Assembly (NCBI GenBank): GCA_963797555.1
Contig: CAWCPV010000007.1
Span: forward strand, 448,001-512,000
Length of the DNA: 64,000 bases
Direction of reading: 5' to 3'
Source: an uncultured Gammaproteobacteria bacterium
GTDB taxonomy: Bacteria > Pseudomonadota > Gammaproteobacteria > CAWCPV01
Shown: positions 51,701-64,000 of the stretch, one piece after another
Numbering within the stretch: the first letter of the stretch is position 1
Layout of the letters: each line of letters starts with the position of its first letter
Made by a program: the position numbers and the translations under genes
Notes under the pieces: generated by a model
Database searches by the model: none
Seen by the model: the letters and a program-made list of their open reading frames with translations, nothing else
What the model was told of the DNA's origin: nothing

Positions 51701-52460
51701 GATGTCGATCATCTCCTGCACGCGCTCGTTCTCGAACCGGACGAAATCGCTGGTGCCGGTGGAGAACGACGTGGGCGTCTGTGAACAGCGCCGGGTACAT
51801 CTCGTGGGCGATCTCCGGCAGCAGACTGTCGACCACCAGCGGATCGTTCTGAACGTCGCTCCAGGTCAGCCCGGCTCGTGCCTGCGATCAGCGCGCGTGA
51901 AACTCGTCATAGCGGCCGTCCTTCTCCAGCCGCCGCTCCAGCGCCGCCACCTTCAGGTTGCGCGAATAGCCGGCCCACTGCAGCACCTTGTAATAGAGGA
52001 CCGTGGAGACATCCTCCATGCGTCGCCCCGGCGAGCATCTCGCTGGCGAGGTCCAGCATGACGACGGCGGCCGGGTAGCGCGTGCGCCACCGTGGTCGAG
52101 CAAGGCCTTGGTCTGGGGCTGTGTGCAGGCGGTCCTGCAGGTGCTTAAGGAAGGGCACGCCGTCGACCGTGCACGCGCTCGTCCAAGGCGAAGCCGAGAT
52201 ACTTGGTGAACGAGCTTTTGCCCGGATCCGTAGAAGCCGGAGACCCAGACGCCGATCTCGTTCTCGCCGCCCGGCTCCATGGCCAGCTTGCATCTTGTCC
52301 AGCAGCTTGCTCGAACTGCTCCTCGATGCTGTCGGTGACGATGTACTCGCGTGATCTCGGCCTTGAGGCGCTCTTCCTGCGAGGCACTGTAGGTGATCAC
52401 CTTCTCGATGGTGCGGTCGATGCCCTTGCTCGGGTCGAACAGCGTGCGGATCTGGTTCAT
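48757..52460 (-). CDS. brxC: BREX BrxC/PglY P-loop ATPase, broken by many single-base indels
   Basis: IDRTIEKVI, VWVSGFYGSG(K)S, FIIDEVGQY, KLKDRFP, YPFLP, PFGW fragments in shifting frames. Confidence 0.85.
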
Positions 52461-52488
52461 GCGCGATCAGCCTAGTTCTGACGGGTTA

Positions 52489-53064
52489 TCAGCCGCCCAC
52501 ATGGACGGAGCGGTAATTGCCGTCTCGGGATAGAAGCCGAGGAACTTCAACCGCGTCTTGCCGGCTCCGGATGCCCGGATAAAGAAAGACGGTCGGCACG
52601 TGGAACTTGCCCTGAAGCTGCCCCTCGATGGAACCGATCCGCAGGTAAGGGTGGAGCGCCTCCAGGTCGGTGACCAGCAGCAAAGCGTTACTGGCCCCTT
52701 CGAGGGAGGTCAGAGAAGCTTCCAGGCGGCGCTGCAGCGCGCCGTTGCTGTCAGCGCATTCGCCAGGGACTGGTTGGTCTTGGTCCAATTCTGCGGCTCC
52801 CGGCGGTCGGCGGTGAGCCACAGCGCACGGCGCGGATCGTTTTGCAGGACGGCCTCGATGTGCTTCGGCTATCGAGAACGTGGTCACCTCCCAGCCCTCG
52901 TTGCGCAGCCGTGCAATCCAGGCCGGCGTCTGGCGCTTGACCTCGAGGATCTGCGAGGGGTGGAACACCAGGTAGTAGATAGGCTCGAAGCTGGCGTGGC
53001 CGAGTTCCCGGCCATGGCGGATGCGCTCCCGCAGCTCGTCGAAGTCAGCCTTGAGCGAGGACAT
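52489..53064 (-). CDS. brxB: BREX BrxB (DUF1788), local indels
   Basis: EALHPYLRIG..E...VPTVFLYPG...GNYRSVHVGG. Lies between brxA and brxC. Confidence 0.8.
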   Translation of the reverse strand: MSSLKADFDELRERIRHGRELGHASFEPIYYLVFHPSQILEVKRQTPAWIARLRNEGWEVTTFSIAEAHRGRPAKRSAPCAVAHRRPPGAAELDQDQPVPGECADSNGALQRRLEASLTSLEGASNALLLVTDLEALHPYLRIGSIEGQLQGKFHVPTVFLYPGIRSRQDAVEVPRLLSRDGNYRSVHVGG

Positions 53065-53837
53065 CGCAGAGCGCCTTCATGTCTCGATGTTTCCAGCTTA
53101 TTCGGACCACGTCGCCCGCCGCCTGGACGATGAACAGTCCCGTCAGCGACAGGCGTTTCAGCTCATCCAGCGCATCGTCGCGGCCGAGCCCCGAACAGTC
53201 CCCAATCTTGGTGACTCATTACCGAGTTGTCGCCCAGGCCCGAGAAGTGCAGGTCGTGCGCCAGGTAGGCCGCGACCCTGGGCGACATACGGAAGGCGGC
53301 GATACGCCGGGCCGTCTTTTGCCCGTTTTCGAGCAGGCCGTAATCGGCGCAGCAGCCGGTCAGATAACCGGCCACATTCTGGATCGTCCTGTCGGACCAG
53401 CGTGTTGCAGTCTTGCCGTCGTCGACGGCGCGCTCCACGAACGCTCGCGCATGGTCGTTCGATATCTCGCCGGCGCCTGCCGCGTACCGCTCCCAGTAGA
53501 CCTGCCGGATGAAGTCCCCGAGGATCGGATTCGCCCGGCTGGTGAAAAGCATGAAGAGCTGATTGATCTCCGGCGGCGCAAGGCGAACCACCAGGCGCTT
53601 CAGGTGTCCGGCGGGTGCACCGTCTCTGACAAGGTAGCGGGGAGCGAAGCATTCAGTGACGATGTTCCGCAGCCTTCGGTCGGCAATGTTCGGGAATCGA
53701 CCGGACTCAAGCGCCGCTTGATGGATCTGCGGTGCTCTCATTCCGGGCTCCCATAGCTCCAACAGTGCCTTGGTTTCATCGACGAGTCCGAGGCCGGCCC
53801 CAAGCCTGATAGTATATGGCGCCCTCTTGGTTACCAT
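53045..53837 (-). CDS. brxA: BREX BrxA (DUF1819), indels near 3' end
   Basis: GAGLGLVDET, RRLRN..ECFAPRY, WSDRTI, ADYGLL. Operon position. Confidence 0.8.
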
Positions 53838-54340
53838 CAGGCGACGAAGTAGGGGTACGTCCTCGTGCCCGCCTCGAAGGCTGCCAAATAGCTGCCGGCG
53901 ATGGCCTCCTGACTGCGCTCAGCACCGAGGTCGTCCGCCCCGCCAATCGAGATCGGACCCTCCGCTTTCGGCCTGTTGCCGCCCGACATCGTGGCCAACA
54001 CTGCCAGTGCTGTGTCTTTGCTTTGCAAGCTCGAGAGCAGATTGTCGTCCCCCAAGGACTCCAGCAGCAGGTTGTGCAGATCCTGCTCGGTTTCTTCGGG
54101 CAGTCGGAACAAGTGGAAGACATTGCCGATGCCGATGTGTTCATCGTGCAGGCGCCTGGCCGCTTCGACAATCCCATGATACCGCGCCAGGCGAACCGTC
54201 TTGGGAAAGACGGGCTCCGAGAACAGTTTGCTCGCCGGGGTGAAAAAGGAGGTGGACCACCACCCGAACTGGGCCCGCTCGCCCAGGTACCCCACAATCA
54301 GCCTGAGCCGCACGTATATCGATAGACGTGGTTCCGCCAT
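53837..54340 (-). CDS. brxE: BrxE-family protein
   Basis: RLIVGYLGE..QFGWW...AARRLHDE...HLFRLPEETE...PYF. First gene of the operon, coupled to brxA. Confidence 0.72.
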   Translation of the reverse strand: MAEPRLSIYVRLRLIVGYLGERAQFGWWSTSFFTPASKLFSEPVFPKTVRLARYHGIVEAARRLHDEHIGIGNVFHLFRLPEETEQDLHNLLLESLGDDNLLSSLQSKDTALAVLATMSGGNRPKAEGPISIGGADDLGAERSQEAIAGSYLAAFEAGTRTYPYFVA

Positions 54341-55119
54341 CGTCAGCAACTCCCTTACTTGTGCGGGACCCAGCGGCCCGCTCGGCCACTGCGCCTGCCC
54401 GAGCGCTGCTTCGGTATGGCGCCGCTTCTGCTTGCACTAACCCCGCAAAGTGCGCTTGCTCGCGTCCGCCGGTGAGCCTGGCATCACCCCAAAACGAGAC
54501 ATCGGCTCCGACGCCTGCGCACTTGCTCGCTGCGCCGTTCCCCGCAAGCATAAGACGCGGCTGGAAGTGCCACGGCGGAGGCGTCGCCGGCTTCCGGAAA
54601 CCCTCCGCGGCGCGGAGCAGGCCGCCCAAGGCCCCGTGCATTCACGAATTGTGGAGAAAGTATCGACGCACCTCAACTATAAATGTGGCATATCTCCGCT
54701 TGAGGGTCCGCGCGACGACTTGGAGATCAACCGCACCTGCCCACTTCCTCATCGTCTTCTTCTAACGTGCGCTCCTCGATCGCGCCGGATCGGGGCGAGG
54801 GTGACCCCGGCAACCGTGTGCATCGCAGCATCGACCGGTTGGCCGGGCCAAGCCGAAGTGCCGAGAGGCGCATGCGGCCACGGTCCCGGGGTCGATACTC
54901 GGATTTTTTGGGAGTCATTGTCTTGTTTCGAATCTTGTTGATTCGATCTGGCTTGGAGTGTCTCGCGGGGTTCGCACTGGCGCGCCGAGGGCGCCAAATT
55001 CCGGAGACAGCGGGGAGCGGCGAACTATCCTGTTCAACCGCTGCCGAGCCATCCTTAGGTCCTTTTGCTCATCGTCCCGGCCTTACTGGGGCAGTGGTAC
55101 CACCTGACTCGGTGCTCCT

Positions 55120-55326
55120 GTATTGTATGCCTTCCAGTTGCATATATCCCATCCCTTGGTGGAAGGCTCAAACTGGGAGCCGGATGGTGTAACCCTCCAA
55201 GTCCGGTTCTGCGAGGAGCCGGGGACGAATCGATGCATGGCCGAGATCACGTGGCACCGCGGGGAAACCAGGCGGCAAACAGAGAACACAAACTTCTACC
55301 GTCGGCAAGGACCCGGCTTACTCTCC
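55120..55326 (+). ncRNA. Group II intron 3' remnant (end of IEP, domain V, long domain VI)
   Basis: ...ISHP tail, then GGGAGCCGGATGGTGTAACCCTCCAAGTCCGGTTCTG (AGC triad domain V) and GAGCCGGG...CCCGGCTTACTC with a bulged A. Confidence 0.78.
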
Positions 55327-55751
55327 GGGCACTTTTTTGACGAAAACGCTATGCCGAGTTCATGCGCGCAGCGATCCCCGAGGAGGAGCAGACGCTGATA
55401 CGCGAAGCGCTGCAGCTTGGACGATTACGGGCAGCGCCCGGCCCGGAATCCACTCGGCATGCAGGGGCAGGGCCGGGCGACCTGTCCCTTGCCGCCGGCG
55501 TCCCCATCCGCCTCGTCGGCTGCGAGGCGGGGACCGGGCTGAGCGCCGCCGGGAACAGCGGTCATGGCGCTCTGTACCGGCCCTCAGCGGGAACCTGTTC
55601 GTGACGGTTTTGTGATCGGGCTTGACTTGCCGCGCCTGCTACATCACTCTGCGCCTGTGCGCCGCCGGGCGCAGCTTACCGACGCGGTTCGTATCCCTTC
55701 GCTGCTGTGTCACGTTACAAAACAACCCACCAAACCGAGGAGGCAGCACGC

Positions 55752-57392
<1,641 letters not shown>

Positions 57393-57410
57393 CCGGAGTG
57401 ACCGTCACGG

Positions 57411-57434
57411 CGGGCGGCTCGCAAGGGCCGCCCG
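57411..57434 (+). terminator. GC hairpin after sulfatase 1
   Basis: CGGGCGGC-tcgcaagg-GCCGCCCG, related to the 59442 terminator. Confidence 0.6.
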
Positions 57435-57437
57435 TCT

Positions 57438-57552
57438 CCGGCCCAGGGGTTGCCCGACACCTGGCCCGGCACCTTCACCCAGGCGCTGTACGACGGGCGA
57501 AGCAGCACGGGTAGGTCGTCATCAGCGTGAAACAGGACTGGAGGAGGATCTC
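57438..57552 (+). pseudogene. Degenerate C-terminal fragment of a HAD-family phosphatase
   Basis: PAQGLPD..GTFTQALYD..VISVKQDWRRI, homologous to 59775-59905. Confidence 0.7.
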
Positions 57553-57686
57553 GCGTTCGAGCAATGAGCGCTGCGGAGCGGTGGGCATAGGTGCCCAAGC
57601 TCGGCGGCGCTTTTCCGTCCATCCCGTACCTGCCCGACGGTACGCGGGATGATCCAGTCAACCACGAGGCAACAAAGGAGGCTGTA

Positions 57687-59416
57687 ATGGTTTACCCACG
57701 AAGAGTTTTGCTGAGTCTGTTCGCGTTGTGCAGCGCCCTGGCGTTCAGCACCGGGTCTGTCTCTGCGGCCGAGGAGACGAAACCCAACATCCTGTTCATC
57801 ATGGGCGACGACATCGGCATCATGCAGCCGTCTATCTATCACCGCGGCCTGATGGTCGGGGAGACACCCAACATCGACCGCATCGGGAAAGAGGGCGGGA
57901 TGTTCATGGACTATTACGCCATGCAGAGCTGCACCTCGGGGCGCAACGCCTTCTTCACCGGCATGTATCCGCTGCGCACCGGCATGGTCGAGCCGCAGCT
58001 CCCCGGCAGCCCTTCCTACCTGCGACCCGGCACGCCGGCGCTCGCCAAGGTCCTGCTCGATCTCGGCTACAACACCGGCGAGTTCGGCAAGAATCACCTG
58101 GGCGATCACACCGCCGCGCTGCCGACGGCGCACGGCTTCCAGGAATTCTGGGGCTATCTGTACCACCTGGATGCGATGCAGCAGGTGAGTTTCCCGGATC
58201 ATCAATTCGAGCCCGACCGAGCAGGCCATCGTGCCGCCGTGCAAGAACACGCCGGTCCCCGGCCTCCAGAGATCCCCGGGGTCCGTTGACCCCATGACGA
58301 CGACCTGCCTGACGCCGCCGCGCCCGATCATCTCGTGCACGTCCTCCGACGGCACGGAGAAGAATCAGACCTGCAAGGACGAGGGCCCGCTGACGCTGGA
58401 CCGTTCGAGGACGGTGGACGAGGAGATCTCGGCAAAGGTCATCGACTTCCTCGACCGCAACGATCCCAAGAAGACCGGCAAGCCCTTCTTCGTCTGGTAC
58501 AACCCCGCGCGCATGCACGTGACGACCATGCTGTCGCCCAAGTATGAAGCCATGCTGGGCGTGCGGGGCGGCAAGGACTGGGGCGTCAACGAGGCCGGCA
58601 TGAAGCAGATGGACGACAACATCGGCTACGTGCTGAAGAAGCTGGAGGACATGGGCGAGTTGGACAACACCATCGTCGTCTTCACCACCGACAACGGCGC
58701 CGAGGCGATCAGCTTTCCCGGACGGTGGCGTCACGCCGTTCAAGGGGCAGAAGGGCATGGCCTGGGAAGGCGGCTACCGGGTCCCGGCGGTCATTCGCTG
58801 GCCGGGTCAGATCAAGGCCGGCACGGTGTACACGGAGATGTTCGCCTCCTTCGACTGGATGCCCACGCTGGTGGAGATCGCCGGCGGTCCCAAGGGCGAC
58901 GGGCTGAAGAAGGAGATCGAGGCCGGCCAGTATCCCGGCTTCGTCAAGACCACCCTGGACGGGATCAACCAGATCGACTACTTGACGGGCAAGTCCCAGA
59001 AATCGGCGCGCGACGAATTCTTCTACTACTCGGGCGCAACTCTGTCGGCGCTTCGCTACAAGAACTGGAAGTTCTACTGGACGATGCCGAGTCCGTCGGC
59101 GCAGGGATGGCTGCTCCCCAAGACCACGTACAACTTCACGCTGGTCGACAACATCAAGCGCGATCCCTTCGAGCAGGCCGTCGGCCCGCTCCAGGATACG
59201 GCCATGAGCATCGGCGGCGCACTGGCGGCCCCGATGACCGCCTTCATTTACGACTGGAACCTCCTGCCCCTCGGCCAGCGGCTGGCGCTGCAGTTCCTCG
59301 AGACCTACGCGAAGTTTCCGCCGTTGCAGGCGCCGTCTTCTTACAACCTGGCGCAGGTAATGGAGGAAATCGAGGCGCAGAAGCGCGCTCTCCATACCGG
59401 GCACCCGAGCGACTAG
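57687..59416 (+). CDS. Secreted Cys-type arylsulfatase 2 (about 2 indels)
   Basis: KPNILFIMGDD, SCTSGR, GKNHLG, WEGGYRVP, plus a Cys-rich insertion. Confidence 0.88.
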
Positions 59417-59441
59417 CCTGACAGGAAGGGCATGAGGTGAC

Positions 59442-59473
59442 AAAGCGGGCGGCCCGAAAGGGTCGCCCGTTTT
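59442..59473 (+). terminator. Rho-independent terminator
   Basis: AAAGCGGGCGGCCC-gaaa-GGGTCGCCCGTTTT. Confidence 0.8.
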
Positions 59474-59496
59474 ACGTGATCAAGGAGAAACCACCC

Positions 59497-59907
59497 ATGA
59501 GACACATTCCCTCGTTATCGCAATTCGCGCGCTTCTTTGCGCTGGGCGCCCTGCTCGCCCTGCGCGCGCGCGCCCATGCCCAGACCGATCCGCTGCCGTC
59601 GTGGAACGACGGCGCCGCCAGGCAGGCAATTGTCACCTTCGTGGAGGAAACCACCGACCCGGCGAGTCCCAAGTTCGTGCCGCCGGCCGAGCGCATCGCC
59701 ACCTTCGATCAGGACGGCGCGCGGCTCGCCATGCTGGTGTTGCACGACGGCGCGCAGCGCGAGTATGCGTATGGTCCGGCCCAGGGGCTGCCCGATACGA
59801 AGGTCGGCACGTTCACCCGGGCGCTGTACGACGAGGCGAAGAAGGACGGCTGGTTCGTCATCAGCATGAAGAACGACTGGAAGCGAATCTTCGCCTTCGC
59901 GCCGTGA
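59497..59907 (+). pseudogene. Secreted HAD-family phosphatase with a large in-frame internal deletion
   Basis: DPLPSWNDG...RIATFDQDG joined directly to the C-terminal LVLHD..REYAY...ISMKNDWKRIF. Confidence 0.78.
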
Positions 59908-60036
59908 TGTGAACTCCTAATGAATACCGGGCATTCGGCATTCGGGACAGTGCTATTATCAGACCCCCATGCCGCAACAAGTAGATCCCGCGGCGCCCGC
60001 CGGAAGTGTAAAAGACACGTTAACTGGAGATAAACA

Positions 60037-61670
<1,634 letters not shown>

Positions 61671-61714
61671 CGCGAGTCGATCCCGAGATCCGTTTCACTT
61701 CAAGGAGACAGACG

Positions 61715-63760
61715 ATGCGCAAACGCTCGATATCGTCGGCACTCGCCGTTTTCGGCCTCTTGTCGACGGTTTCTGCTTTCGCGGCCACCCTGAACGGCCA
61801 AGTGCTCGGCGCAGGCGCGCCGATCGCCAATTCGACGGTGACGCTTTGGGCCGCAAGTGCGGATGCACCGAAACAACTGGCAGAGGCGCAAACCGGCGCC
61901 GATGGCCGCTTCGCGCTGACGGTTCCCGACACGCGAAGCGCGGACGCGAGTCTGTACCTGGTCGCCAAGGGCGGCCAACCCGCGGCTAACAAGGCAAGCG
62001 GGGACAACCACGCCATTGCGCTGATGGCGGTCGTGGGCATCAAGCCCCCGGCCAGGGTCGTCATCAACGAGTTCACGACCGTGGCTTCGGTGTGGACCCA
62101 CGCGCAGTTTCTCGATGGCAGCGCAATCAGCGGTCACGCGCTCGGCCTGCAAGATCGCCGCGGGCAACGTGCCCAACTTCGTTGATCTCGCAACCGGCGG
62201 GTGGGGTGGGGCCATCCAGGGTCCGCTCAACAGCAGCCAGACGCCCACGATGGCGAACTTCGCCACGCTGGCCGACGTGCTGGCCGGATGCGTTACGCGC
62301 GTGACGGCGGATGCGTGCGGCAAGCTCTTTGCCGCGTCTACGTCGCCCAAGGGCAGCGTCCCGACCGACACGCTGACGGCGGCGCAGTCGATCGCACGCA
62401 ACTCGTGGTACCAGCCCGAGCGAATTTTCGCGCTGCTGGACGCAGTTCTATCCGGTTCCGCAGGGCAAGAATCTGCGCGCGGTTCCCTTCATGCCGTACC
62501 TTGAGTTTCTCGCCCAGCGCGTGGGTGCTACCGCTCAAGTTCGACGGCGGGGGGTATCGCGCGGGCGGCAAGGCGATGTTCGACAGCGAGGGCAACCTCT
62601 GGGTCGGCGACAACTTCACCGTCGGTTGGCAGGGGCGAGCGACGCGCTGTGGCAGGGCCATGCCACCAAGTTCGCGCCGAACGGCAAGCCGCTGTCGCCC
62701 AGCACCACCGGGTTTTCCGGCGGCGGAATGGAAGGCGGCACGTTCGGCGCGGCCGTCGACGCCAAGGACAACGCCTGGTTCACCAGCTACGGCAGCAAGT
62801 CCATCACGGAATTCGACAAGAACGGCAAGCCCCTGACGCCCCCTGAAGGCATCAACTTCGGAGGCCGGCTCGGACTGATGCAGGGAATCATCGTCACGCC
62901 GAGCGGCGATGTCTGGGCCCTGGGCATTGAGAAGAGGCAACTCGTCTACTTCCCCAAGGGAGATCTGACCAAGGGCCGGATCGTTTGCGAGGGCGACAGC
63001 GCGGAGCCGTGCAAGTCGTTCCTGGGGCCATTTCACCTCGCCATCGACCAGCAGGACCGGATCTGGGTGTCCGACAGCAGCGACAAGGTCACCCGCTTCC
63101 CCGCCGCCGATCCGAGCAAGGTGGAGAACTTCAAGACCGGACTCCAGAACAGCGGTCTGAACATCGACAGCCAGGGCAACGTCTGGGTCACCAATCGGTT
63201 CGGTACGGGCCTGCTGGGCATGGCCCATCTGGTCGACTTTGCGGTACGCATGAAGGCCGAGGGTCTTACGTCCGCCGCTGACTACCTGACGAAGACCATG
63301 TCCGAGCAGAAGGGAGGCGCCGGCAGTGTCACGCTGCTGCGGCCGGACGGCACTCCATTTCCGGGCTCGCCGTTCAAGGGCGGCGGTCTTCCGGGACCGT
63401 GGGCGGTGGCGGTGGATGGCAACGACAACGTCTGGATCTCCAACTTCGCCATGCCCGCTAGTCCAATCGTGCAGTTGTGCGGCGCCCGCACCGAGAACTG
63501 CCCGCCCGGCTTCAAGACCGGCGACCAGATCTCGCCGCCCGGCGGCTACGTCGGCGGTGGCCTGCAGATGCAGACGGATTTGGCCATCGATCCGGCCGGC
63601 AACGTCTGGGTGATGAACAACTGGCAGGACGTCGACAGCTTGCTATGGGAAGCCTCCCGAAGCGCTCTCGACCCGCTGCGGCGGTCAGGGCGTCGTGATT
63701 TTCTATGGAATGGCCAAGCCCGTTCGCGCACCGCAGATCGGGCCGGCGCGGCCGTATTAG
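61715..63760 (+). CDS. Secreted NHL/Vgb-like beta-propeller protein (several indels)
   Basis: Signal peptide and repeated (A/V)(I/V)DxxGN(L/V)WV blades. Confidence 0.75.
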
Positions 63761-63778
63761 GAAGCCGGTCGGTCACTT

Positions 63779-63819
63779 GGTAGGTCGGGTTAGCCCGATA
63801 GGGCGTGACCCGACCTACC
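63779..63819. repeat. GTAG-type REP palindrome
   Basis: GGTAGGTCGGGT...ACCCGACCTACC. Confidence 0.7.
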
Positions 63820-63919
63820 CGACGCTCCAAATTGGTGCGGCCCCACCACCCGCGCATTCGGCACATGCTGATTCGGACAGGATTCGGCATCCAAGGCACC
63901 GACAGGAGAGATACCACCC

Positions 63920-64000
63920 ATGACCGAAACGAACGAAGCTAGATCGCTGGCTGGCGCGGTACTGATGACCACGCTGCTTGCGGCCACGCCGGCAGTGGCG
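63920..64000 (+). CDS. Start of a secreted protein (runs off window)
   Basis: AGGAG RBS; MTETNEARSLAGAVLMTTLLAATPAVA signal-like N-terminus. Confidence 0.5.
   Translation, partial: MTETNEARSLAGAVLMTTLLAATPAVA

Noticed and set aside
48757-52460. Programmed frameshifting or phase variation in brxC
   Set aside because: The indels are too numerous and are not at slippery or homopolymer tracts. Sequencing error or decay explains them better.
54380-55080. brxR/WYL regulator, tRNA or integrase at the BREX 5' boundary
   Set aside because: No convincing ORF, cloverleaf or att repeat. A lone TTCTAAC near 54760 is too weak to call attC.
55120-55326. Retron or DGR-associated RNA
   Set aside because: No reverse transcriptase is present in the window, and the sequence fits group II intron domains V-VI.

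Overview
GC-rich bacterial chromosomal window, probably a sulfur-oxidising or otherwise environmental proteobacterium (inferred from a DsrC/TusE-like gene and an HTH-2Fe2S-FAD reductase). From left to right it holds: (1) a pstSCAB operon with a Pho box (1-3.8 kb); (2) three surface or unknown genes; (3) a decayed accessory hotspot (9.4-28.8 kb) with IS1202/ISNCY, ISL3 and IS91 elements, a 1820-aa DUF4011/SF1-helicase/Vsr-like (Hhe-type) defence gene, RAYT remnants and REPs, and an integron-type DUF5677 cassette whose attC was hit by a group IIC intron; (4) housekeeping and signalling genes (AKR, MFS, DsrC-like, IS5, CheY-CheC-DGC, reductase); (5) a minus-strand BREX locus (37.8-54.3 kb) with the unusual order brxE-brxA-brxB-brxC-pglX-[TA modules]-pglZ-brxL, where BrxL ends in a PLD-like MIT_C-type domain instead of a Lon protease domain; (6) a group II intron 3' remnant and a tandem array of three secreted Cys-type sulfatases separated by decayed HAD genes, then a beta-propeller protein. 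Many genes carry single-base indels, densest in brxC, that look at least partly like sequencing error. All family calls come from motif recognition by eye; no database search was run.
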